Assembly: GCA_002633005.1 (NCBI GenBank)
Contig: NMRA01000721.1
Coordinates: 117,189-181,188 of the forward strand
Source of the DNA: Phoronis australis
Lineage: Eukaryota > Animalia > Phoronida
DNA length: 64,000 nt
Direction: 5' to 3'
Positions 13,101-25,100 of the stretch are shown here, piece after piece. The position numbers and the translations under genes are program-made. A model generated the notes under the pieces. That model saw only the letters and a list, made by a program, of their open reading frames with translations, did not search any database and was not told where the DNA came from. Every line of letters starts with the position of its first letter. Positions within the stretch are counted from its first letter, which is position 1.

Positions 13101-16100
13101 GCTCAAATCTTCCACACGTTCTAGCAATCGACCATCTTTATAAAATTAGCGTTGTTTGTTTCGTGATTGGCACATTTTTAGAATCTTTCCAAAAAATATA
13201 CACGACAAGTTCACCAAGTAATACCGCAAAAGTCCATTTTCGCACACGAAATTGTTTCACTTAATTCATGTCGGCTGTCTAATTCAATTCTTCCACAAAA
13301 TGTAGATTTGCAAACGTTCACTTTATGGACAACATTGGCTGCGTTCTGAGAGTAATTTGCGTGAAAGTTGATTTTTTCAGATGCCAATATTTAGAGTTTC
13401 CAACCAAATAAATATTCGATAGGTAAGGACTCACAACCCTTTTGCGCACAGCGTGTTGGACATACACGGCGTGTGGAATTAACTTCTTAAACCGTCCATA
13501 CTGTATGCATTGACTGGAAGAATTCGGACTTTGCAGTCCCGGAGAGAAAAGAAAGACGTGCCATTTCTCTCCCGTACGCCACAATGATTGTAAAGGATGT
13601 CCAACTTCGAATCCAGAAACTGCATCATGCTTTATTGAAGCGTTATATGACGGTTTCATCAAAGGACACGCGTGGCCATCAGCGGGCAAACTAAGTTAGG
13701 TGCCGTAAAAATCCGTTATTGAGTAAATATTCGAGGAATAATAAATGGACGTCAAAATCCATGTCAAATGTCAATTACGTCTATTATATGAGCTATACTT
13801 TGATATTTCCGAATTTTAACGTTTTGTTTCAATAAAATGAATTTGAACGCACGAGGAAAGTACAGGCACTATTGGCATGCGTATTAATCTGTGAAATGAA
13901 TTTCTTCATCAACTGTTAAAAACGTCGACACTTAGGATTCCTGTAGACAAGAGACACTAAGGAGTCTGCGCTGTGAAAACTAACAAAATAACAATATTCA
14001 TGACACATAGTCAATGTTATTTAGTTCAGCTACTGAATAGTTGTCAGTATTAGAGAAGGAAAATTGAAAACTTGATATAAAGCGGTAAAACTGGGTCTGC
14101 CAGAAAACGGGTGAGATAATCGTAGCAACAGAAGAAACGACCCGTTTAATCGAACTAGTCGAACGAACATTACGAGTACTGTAATGACCACAACAGCTCG
14201 AAACTTTTGTGTTTAGCCGACTGGAAATATACAGTGTATGAGTGCCATTTTCTTTAGCAGAACTGAAAGTGAGGGCTATAGCCTGGAATGTGCCGGATTT
14301 ATCATGAGTCAGTACACCTGAACATTTTCACGGTGTGCACTGCTGGAACAATCAAAAAAATACGACAGTTTGCCACGATCAGTATAACTGGCAATTGTAC
14401 TGTACTCTATCGGAAAAAAAACAAAATGACCAAAATGATTCACAAACGTATTCACTTTGGTCAACTAAAATCGCTGAATCAAGTGCAACTGAGCAAACGA
14501 AATAATTTGTTATTTCCTTGCGAGTTTGCAAAATTCTAGGAAAGCAAAGGTTCCACACGTTGGTTTTGTTTCCCGTTTTATTGATACAAAAATAACCGCT
14601 TTTGCTCTACTGAAGGCATGTTTTGTTAACTTCGGTAATAAATATATCATCTTATAAATACCATGTTTACCAGTAAAGTCAACTTCAACGACACATGTAC
14701 ACCATCGAGACTCACATACCGCCATCTTTTGTTTAAACAACGAGGCACAAATACTGGCATCAATCTGAACTTTTGAAACATAAAAATTACCATCTAAGTG
14801 ATTTATTTGTCAATTTCAATTTTTAGCGAAGCAGGCACCCATTCGTAATTAATCTATTTTTCTGCAAGATATCCCGGCATAAATTTGAATTCTTTTAGCT
14901 TGAAGTTGGCAAACTTAAATAATTGTGTTGATATTATAAGGGTACAAAACGTGTCACTTATAACAAACAGTCAGTATTCATCGCTTTGTTACTGCATGTG
15001 GCGATTATGAAGGGATTCCCAGAGCAAAATACACTGACATCACTGGCTTGCGCACAGAGCAGCAATAGCAGTTTGAATGAAAATGGCTTTCACCAACACG
15101 TTTCATGGCATATAAATAAATCAATGACGCTTCGATTAAATAACTGAAACTAAATATGTACAGAAGTGGTTTTAAAGCAAGATGTAGGTCTTTTTGATGG
15201 AATAGTTTGTTGATAAATGAACAAATCCTCAAACTCAGAGTAGCGTGTGAGCACTACCCACAAAACTGTAAAATCAGTTCCGAACATCAGGTGTATTCAT
15301 TCTCCAATGTGGTGGACCTTGGATAAGTTCCTACATCATTTTGAAGTTACTGTTGTACATTTTAAAAGCAGTACATTAGATTTTTGGACTGGTTAATGTA
15401 TGTTTGACACATGAAACTTTTGATAACGTGGCCATCAACACAAATCACGTCCATATCTATTCAAGTTGTTTCAAAAAGAAATCACGTACAACTCAAGCTC
15501 CGCATGGAAATGATGAAATACATCCTTATATCTTTAAAACATTCCGCAGCTAAACAATAAAACTTGCTTACTTAGCAAAAAGACGAGAGATCAACGAGAT
15601 GAAGCACGATGCCATATTTTTGAAACAAGTGAAGCAGACGACAGGTAAAAAGCACAGTACTGTTTCCGACAACAAAATTCACGCAAAAATCGTAAACAAA
15701 CCAGCTTCAGTGTATACACAATTTAAAGCACCTGCGCATGTATACACAGACTTTGGATTTACATGTATTGTGGATCACAGCTCGTTTTCTAAGTTCAGAG
15801 GGCTCGGCTTGGCACCGTGATAAAAGGACTTGTGCTTTCGACGGACTGCCCGGGGCTTTGCCTCAGTCACGCCCTAGATTTCAACATCATAGAATAGTAA
15901 ATCCGACCATGGCAGGAACATACACGGTTGTGTGGTGAGGTTGAAATACATGTACAGTTAAGCCATGGGGTTAAAACACATGGATAAATTGATTGCTAAA
16001 TTATCGTTATATTAAACTAGGCAAGACTAAAACCTTCCAAGATTTCCTTCCTAAACGCGCATCTGATTCCTTGCAGTGAACCGATTAAAAACCTGCTTGT

Positions 16101-19100
16101 TTTATAATTAAAGTGAGAAAATCTGAACCTGTGGCTGTTGTCTGCCGGTGAAAGCGCGTTTGGTCTGTTTTTATTTTGTGCTGAATTATTACATTGTACG
16201 TAGGAGAGAGATCATTTTGACAAGGTATTTATTACGAATAAATAGTTTTACGAACTCATATTACATTTAAAACACATTTATTGCAGTCTCAACTATTCAA
16301 AGAGTGCAACACTCTTGCAATACCTCGTTGACGGTATTGATGTCACATCCGCTTTCCCTGCACAGTAGTTTCACTACCTCTGTATGTCCACCTGCTGATG
16401 CCACGTGCAGCGGTGTGTCACCCGACTACAGTAAGTGAACAAAAATAGATAATGTTGATCAGCATTATACAGTAGTGATGTGGGTGGGTGAAAAAGTCGT
16501 CGAGTTTTATACTTTGCCAGTTGAAACTTCAACATCAGTTGCAATACTGATGAAGGGTGTGACTCAACAGGACGAGACTAAAACCTGACATTTAAACTCA
16601 GAAAAAACTTGCGCGGGATTTTTTAAAATTCCTCTGATCTGATGTAGTGGTGATTGAAAAGAGTGTTTCAAATATAACAACTTGATCTCATACATTACAA
16701 CAGATCGACATTCATTTAATGAGTGCTGTGGAAATGCAAGTAAAGAACCAAGTCACTGTGCAAGTCTAGGTGAACTAAAAACTGTTTATAATTAGTTAAA
16801 GTCGCGTGCACGTCACGTCACGTGCGGTGGAATGCAACAAAAATGTCAATCTTTAAAATGAAATCATAAATCACGATTAATTAAATCATTGAATGATTCA
16901 GCCAAGTCACATGTTGTGTGTTCATCATCCTTATGTAAACAACTAGTTCAATTAAACAACCTGTGTGTCATTACTTACCTTATTACGTACATCTACACTG
17001 GCCTTGTTGGCCAACATCACCTTCACTGTGGCTGTATGACCATACCGTGCTGCCGTGTGCAGCGGTGTCCGGCCCCACTATGTAATAAATAATGGAGATG
17101 TGTGAATGGACGATCAAAGTTTAGAGCTAATTAACATACACGGGGGAAATTGAACTTGTAAGGTGACATAAATGAAACATTACTGACCCCTCTAAGACGC
17201 CACAATACTTGACATGTAATGAATTCAAGAATCAAGTTTTACAGATTTTAAAACGTTACAGAACATGTTACAACTCTACGCAGCTTTGGTTCTTCACCAA
17301 GAAAAGCAGACGACATTGAACTTATTGATTTTGGACAATAAATTGTGAAAAATATCAACAAAATGTGTTCCTAAACATTTTAAACTATCCTTATGTTAAC
17401 AACTAGTTCAACTAAACAACCAGTGTGTCATTACTTACCTTATCACGTACATCTACACTGGCCTTGTTGGCCAACATCACCTCCACTGTGTCTGTATGAC
17501 CCTCCCCTGCTGCCCAGTGCAGCGGTGTCCCGCCCCTCTGTGTAATATATAATGGAGATGTGTGAATGGACGATCAACGTTTAGAGCTAATTAACATACA
17601 CGGGGGAAATTGAACTTGTAAGGTGACATAAATGCAACATTAATGACCCCTATAAGACGCTACAATACTTGTAATGATTTCAAGAATCAACATGAGTGCT
17701 TCAGATTTTAAAACGTTGCTGTAACAACAGAACATGCTTTGGCCGTTCTACGCAACTTTGGCAATTCACGAATGTAAAGCAGACGACATTCAATTTGTTG
17801 TGCTTTTGGGACATTAAATTGAGAAAAAGATCAAGGAAATGTGTCCCTAAACATTTTAAACTATCCTTATATAAACTATCCTTATATTAAACATTACTGA
17901 CCCCTCTAAGACGCTACAATACTTGTAATGATTTTAAGAATCAAGTGTTACAGATTTTAAAACGATACAGAACATGTTACAACTCTACGCAGCTTTGGTT
18001 CTTCACCAAAAAAAGCAGACAACATTGAACTTGTCATTGTTTTTGGACAATAAATTGTGAAAAATATCAACAAAATATGTTCCTAAACAGTTTTAATCAT
18101 CGTGTTTGTTAACAACGAGTTCAACTAAACAACATGTGTGTCATTACTTACCTCAGTACGTACATCTACACTGGCCTTGTTGGCCAACAACTTCTTCACT
18201 ATGTCTGTATGACCACCCTCTGCTGCCCAGTGCAGCGGTGTCTCGCTCGACTATGTAATATATAATGGAGATGTGTGAATGGACGATCAACGTTGAGAGC
18301 TAATTAACATACACGGGGGAAATTGAACTTGTAAGGTGACATAAATGCAACATTACTGACCCCTCTAAGACGCTACAATACTTGTAATGAATTCAAGAAT
18401 CAAGTTTTACAGATTTTAAAACGTTACAGAACATGTTACAACTCTACGCAGCTTTGGTTCTTCACCAAGAAAAGCAGACGACATTGAACTTTTTGTTTTT
18501 GGACAATAAATTGTGAAAAATATCAACAAAATGTGTTCCTAAACAGTTTTAATCATCGTGTGTGTAAACAACTAGTTCAACTAAACAACCTGCGTGTCAT
18601 TACTTACCTTATCACGTACATCTACACTGGCCTTGTTGGCCAACATCACCTTCACTGTGTCTGTATGACCACGCCGTGCTGCCCTGTACAGCGGTGTCAT
18701 GCCCATCTATGTAATATATAATGGAGATGTGTGAATGGACGATCAACGTTTAGAGCTAATTAACATACACGGGGAAAAGTGAACTTGTAATGTGACATGA
18801 ATGAAACATTACTGACCCCTCTAAGACGCTACAATACTTGTAATGATTTCAAGAACCAAGTGTTACAGATTTTAAAACGTTGCTGTATCAACATAACATG
18901 TTGTAGAATGTAGACGTCGATTGCCAGAAATTACAGAGTTCCTGCATAACTTGACAGCGATCCCGCCATGTTGTATTTCTTCACCGATTTTCTGGCTTCG
19001 TGTTTAATATAAAGTTGTAATGTTGAATGGACGATTGTCATTAAGAATAGAAAAGAGTCAACTTTAAGACCACAAATATATTGTTGACACAATTCAAACC

Positions 19101-22100
19101 TCGATGTTTCTTAAGATGCATGTACACAGTACAGATTGAAAAATACTTGTTGAAATCATGAGATATGAAAAGTGTTTTTACACACAAAATATTTATTTAA
19201 ACTTCAGATAGTCTACAGCTTTTGTAACAAAGATAACATTGTCTTAATTCTAATGTCGTCTCAAGTAGTTTCTATTACCTTGTCTTGCACGTCTACATTG
19301 GCCCCACCCTGCACCAGCACCCTCACCACCTCCGACCTGCCCCTCTCTGCTGCTTTGTGAAGTGCTGTGCGGCCCTGCAGAAACAATGAACAAGTTATAG
19401 CAAAATTTACAATCACTAATTTCACTGTGAATCCTAATTACTTGTCATGCAAAGGTTGAAATACAATTGTATACAGAATTACCAAATTTATTCTCTGTTA
19501 ACCGGGTAATATATTACTCGTGGTTGGAATAGATCATCATTTTAAAGAACAGTATATCTACCCGAATACCTGCTGCGTGTATCAATTCAAAAACACGGTG
19601 AAACTAACTTAGAAATCCAGTTTCACTCCTCCCCCAGGTCCAAAATAGTTTCTAACAAATTTAGGTCACTAACAAACAGGAATAGAATTAAGACAGAACA
19701 CCAATACATGATTAAAATGATATTGGATTAGGTTATTATTAAAATACAACTGAAGTGTGAAGTAGTTTAAGGAAAATAACACAATTAAGCAATCCTTGGT
19801 ATATGATGTGTTACTGGTTAAGAACAAGTACACAGAGAACAATTCAACTTGTTAATGACAATGGTATTGAACAAATTGCTAAGTGAGAAAACGTCCTGGA
19901 ACAGGACAAACTCTTCTCTACAAATTAAACACATTTTACCAAAACCATTCCTCTTATCAAGATTGATGTTCAGCAAAGTCAATACATCACGTAATTCCCA
20001 TTTTGCCAAAAAATGCAAACGCATTGTTCTGCTGTTCTGAGTCTCCAGACGTCGAGGCAGTGACCTGGCCAAGAGAACTGCTGCTTTTAAAAGAGCGCTT
20101 TGCCGGCCAGTTTTCGCGTGTACACGCGATAAATTGATACATTAACCTGTTCTTGAATATATTTAAAGGGGCATTTCCTTATCGCGAGGAATCAATTAAA
20201 GAGACTATGACCATGACAAATATCATGAAACTGGTTGTATCTTGAGTTTTTTGACACTCGTTTGACATTGTAAATATTGTAATTCGGCATGGACACCGTT
20301 TCCTATCTTGCATAAAAATACTGGCGCGATCGTTGATTTACCTTATTCAACATTTTATTTTTGATATTCCGTAAAGAATGAAAAGTCAAAAATATACGGT
20401 GTCCAAGACTTTCATATTCTGTATGGAACGATCACGACCTTTTTATGACAAGCAAACAAGGAATACAAAAAGGTCAACATCAACATCAGCTGCATTTTGA
20501 TGTTACGCCTCTACTTGCCGACGGTCACTTGGACCCGACCGTTACTTGGATAGAATATAGAAAACAGACGTAAAAATAACGTGCAAAAATGCAAAATTAT
20601 GTGTCATAGAGTCATATCCTCCATACCAAAAACAATGATAACATGTTGCACCGGTAAAACATTTGCCTTTTTGAAATGATCTAAATAAATCTTTTAAATT
20701 TCACTGTTTATTAAAATTACCCAAGAAGTACAATGCGTGGTGGTATATCAGTAAACTTATAAAAGAGGCATGGAACGCGAATGTTTGGCAAATATATCTT
20801 TTAAAGAAATTGTCATGAAAGTAGAACCTCGCAACGTCTAATACAGAGGAATTCATTTTCCTCTTGTTAATAAATTTACAGAAAAATCAAACATTTTACA
20901 ATTTTTGAAATACGTTTTAAGAAAAAAAACTCTGTAGTCAAAACGCATTTTCTAGTCTCACTCCAACATATGATAAATGGGCTTATGCGCTCATAGTCAG
21001 TTCTTAGAAGTCGCTTGATGTCAACGACCAAATTTTCCATATTGTAACCTTGTCCAAAACCCCATTTAGAACGACTGCATGTCAAAAAACTCAAATTGAA
21101 GAATTATACCATTATGGTGATTGGCCATGGTCTCTTTAATTGGTTTATCGTGATAAGAAAATGCCCCTTTAAATATATTCAAGTACAGGCAAATGTATCA
21201 CTTGATCGCGTGTACAAGTGAAAACTGTAGCCTATGTGAAATCGCTATTTTTAAAATCAACTCTTCGTCTACCAGTGCCACGTAGTTTCAAGACGGATAA
21301 GAGCAGAACCCTGACCCTAACCCCGATCCCTAACCCCGAACCCTAACTCTGACCATAACGACAACCACTACAAACATTAAACCCTGCGACTCGAAACTTT
21401 GATCTGTTTACCACTTTTTAAACGCGTCTTGCAGATTTGAGTATCAATTTCAGAGAGTTAAAGGAGAGGTGGGTGCTTGCCAAAGCTATTGGCGCCTTAT
21501 TGAAGATGTTCACGAGTTACAGGTGGCGATTTGTAGAGGACTTGGCGCTTGTTCCAATAAATGTCGCGTCTGATTTGCAATAGTTGGCAACTCAAAACCA
21601 GTCTGCTGAAACACCAGTCATGGCTACCGTTCGGCTATGAGTGAGCCCAGTTTTGTAATCCAAGCGTTTGATGTTATTTGTGATCAAAAGAACCAATGAG
21701 ACTCATGTTCAAACAGGCTGTTGCATGATATTTCCAAATCATGATCCTCAGCATTTACGTCGACCGTGCGTTCAAACAACGGGACCTAGCAGTGTACAGT
21801 AGAAATGCGATGCTGTCTGGGATACTGTAATTGGATAATCTCAACATATTACATAAAAATAATACGTTTTCCCATCACATAGTTTGTTAAGTTAATCGTT
21901 AAAGAATTACTGGAAACGTCGATGTTTTGTGACCTGTGATCACGTGTTCTGTTGTGGTCCAGAACGTTTTTCGGCCCTTCTGAAAATTTGCAAAAGTATC
22001 CAAAAATACTGGTCAACAAAACGCGTCAAAGATGTATTCTGCACTATTTCATACTCACACGTGACATGTGTGTTTACCACCAAGACATCAATGAGACTGT

Positions 22101-25100
22101 TCTCTGTTAGTGTTCTTTTGAACTTCATTTCGCAACAATTAAAAGATGGAAGGAGAAACGCGAATTGCTAGATGTTTGCCAGGTATCTGCCAGAAATGTA
22201 CATATAAAAACTCACTAATTATATGTTGGAAACTCCAAGCGGCATATTGCAAGTTGATACTGGTGGCCAAATCCTCAGGTTGCGTCAGACTTTGAGCCTG
22301 TGCAGTTTTATTATTGCAACATTCTAACGTGCAGAGAATATTAGCTAACTGTGACGACGCAATTGTGGTTTTAAAATAGGGACGTTCTTGTCATGGTTGT
22401 GTGGCTGTCTTTTCAAATTTCATTGTCACTTGTTTGATGAAAGTGGGTCATGAAATTAATCACTACGAGTGATTATCACCCTGCTGTAGGTACATGTAAC
22501 TAGTGAACGCTCGGGTCTGGGAATCGTACTTGTAAAGTAAGAAGAAGCGATACGTTCCAATTCTTGACCTTTAACCCGATGCTCTGTTCTAATGGTTACT
22601 AATGTATTGTGAACTCAATATATATTTCTGAACACGATTAACACGATCAAAATGGCATTGCTTGATTTAGTTCAGAAGCCATTTAAAGATCAAATATGTA
22701 TCAGGTTTTGAACATTTCAGGGAAATGAAATTCAGTGTTGACGTGCAATTGAATGTTTAACTATTAACTTCCAAAATGTCTTTTATTAGAGGCTTGGAAC
22801 CCGATAAACAAACTAACTTGAAATATTGGAAGTAATTCTCTACAACATGAACAGAATTTAGCCTGCTCACCTGGTGTTCTTAGGGTTTGTTTGTAAATAT
22901 GTTTAACTTCTGTTCATGTCAGAGCATTTTCTTTTATTTCCAAATTTCAAAAATGCCATATGTCAACACACAAGGCAAAGCACGTCTCCTTATTTGGAAT
23001 GGCAGGACATCAATGTTGCAGAAATTTAAGATGATCGATATTCTACCCTAGGATGGTGTTTATAGATGGAAATGTTAAAAAATGAGGTCTCAAAGAATTT
23101 CACATGCAAAGGGAACATCACGATTTCTTTGATGACAAGCAAACACGGAGTACAAAAAATCTACGCCTTGAACATAAGCCGCACTTTGATGTTACGTCAC
23201 GATTTGCGGACGGCCACTTGGACCACACGGTTAGTAAATGGACAAAATAAATAAAACATACCTACAGGAAGAAAATAATGCGTAATACAACATGGCACCA
23301 ATACCGAAAAGTATAATAACATGTTGAACCTTAAAACAACTGCCTGTTTGAAAAATATCTACTTGTAAATTAATTTTTAAAATTTCATCGTTTATGAAAA
23401 ATCACCCGAGAAGTACAATGCGTCACATGAACATCTGTCCATATATTACTAGAAGACAATTGGAAATCGATAATTAAATATGCATTTGGACGTCAACACT
23501 GTACTGCGTCTCACTACAATTATCAAAACCTGATACACAGTTAAGCATTAAAGATTCCGCAAGATACAAATTAAGCCACAGTCATTGTGTTCGTTTTTGG
23601 TGTGCCTGCATCTCCATCCCGCAAAAATATAAAACAAGAGCGTGAAGAAATATTGAGTTCATTAATTAACCGCCATAATGAACATACAGCTGAGACAATA
23701 GTCAAAAATAAGCGCAGGTCAAAAGTTGGTTGTACGTCTGAGACCGCCTGCACACTTTTTTAGTGGTTGGTTTTCAGTAGAAGGTTAGAATTCCGGTTTA
23801 TCCTGGGTAAGTGCATGCAGTCGTGGTTGCATTTGCCCGAGACGAAATGTCACCCCCCTTATGATATCCTATATCTGCCACCGTATATCACTATATCTGC
23901 CATTCATTCTCGACACCTTACTATAGTACTACTGTACAGACCCAACTTTTCATGCGAGCTGAGATTTTGTCTACTCGTGTCAAGTCGCAATATGCGACTT
24001 GGAATTTTCAACATAACCGTACAGAGTTTTACATGTACACCTCTCGGCAAAAACATGGCAAATATGAAGCAATTCATGTGGGTCCGACCATTATTTTGTT
24101 GTTGCCAAATTAAGTTCAAAAGGACACTAACAGAGAACGGAACTATAAATGTCTAACATTTGTAAAAATACATGTATTGCAAAAACATGAAATAATGCGA
24201 AATGGATTTTTGACGCGTTTTGTTGAAACGTATTTTTGTATAATTTTGCAAATTTTCGGATGTGCCGAGGTATATTCCGGAGCACGAGATACAACGTCAC
24301 AAAACGGTGACGTTTCCAATAATTCTGAAACGATCAACTTAACAAACTTTGTCTTGGAAAAAAACATATTATTTTTATGCTAATTGTCCTGATTATAAAA
24401 TTATAATATCCCTAATCATGGGTGGTGCAGCACTGAAGAATGTGGGGGCTATAGCAGCCAGACCCCCTGAGGAGCACCGCCCGTAGTCCATGGGTGGCGA
24501 AGCACTGAAAACAGGGGGCTACTGCTACACCCCTCACCCCTATGATGCGAAGCCTATGCAGATAGTAGATCCCATTGCGGCACAACTTAGTTTTGTTGTT
24601 TGTGCGCACGGTCGAGTCCTCGCAGCTATCATGATTCGGAATGTAAAGTAACGACCTCTTTGAACTCGCCTCCTGTTTTTTTTTTCGCAAAAGACAGAAA
24701 GCAAGTGAATTACAACCCTAAGTCCACTTATAGGAAAACGACCTCTTTTTCAGCTGACAATTTTTCAGTTTGTACATGTACAGTAACTATTGCAACTTAT
24801 TTTTTAAACAAGCAGACAAAAAATTTTCAGCAATCATTTTATTCTTCCATTCGCACACCATGCCAATTTTTTACTCCCCAGATCATGAGTCGACTATGTC
24901 ACTGAAATATGGTGTTGCATCATTTCTTGCTTTGAAACGTTTTGTAACAAGCGCCCACTGGTCTACTAATCGCCACTCTTAAGTTTTGACAAAATTCAAT
25001 AAACCGCCAACTGCTCTGGCAAGCTCCCACCATTAATTTACCTCACTGGAATTGATTTTCAACACTTCAAGATGCGTTTAATATGCGGTAACCGGACCAA

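Larger units (their letters stand above)
16925..18900. repeat. Tandem array of ~458-bp exon+intron cassettes (4 full units plus one exon-less partial unit)
   Basis: Exon ends at 16979, 17439, 18152 and 18608 (spacings 460, 713, 456). Intron blocks such as ataatggagatgtgtgaatggacgatcaa and aacattactgacccctctaagacgc recur in each unit. Confidence 0.97.

Noticed and set aside
16925-18900. CRISPR-like or diversity-generating-retroelement interpretation of conserved repeats with variable segments
   Set aside because: Units are ~460 bp with spliceosomal GT-AG exons. There are no cas or DGR RT genes, and the changes are not adenine-specific.
23767-24156. 129-aa ORF sharing KFKRTLTEN with a minus-strand ORF at 21940-22128
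   Set aside because: Explained by the inverted repeat; the frames are not conserved beyond this patch.
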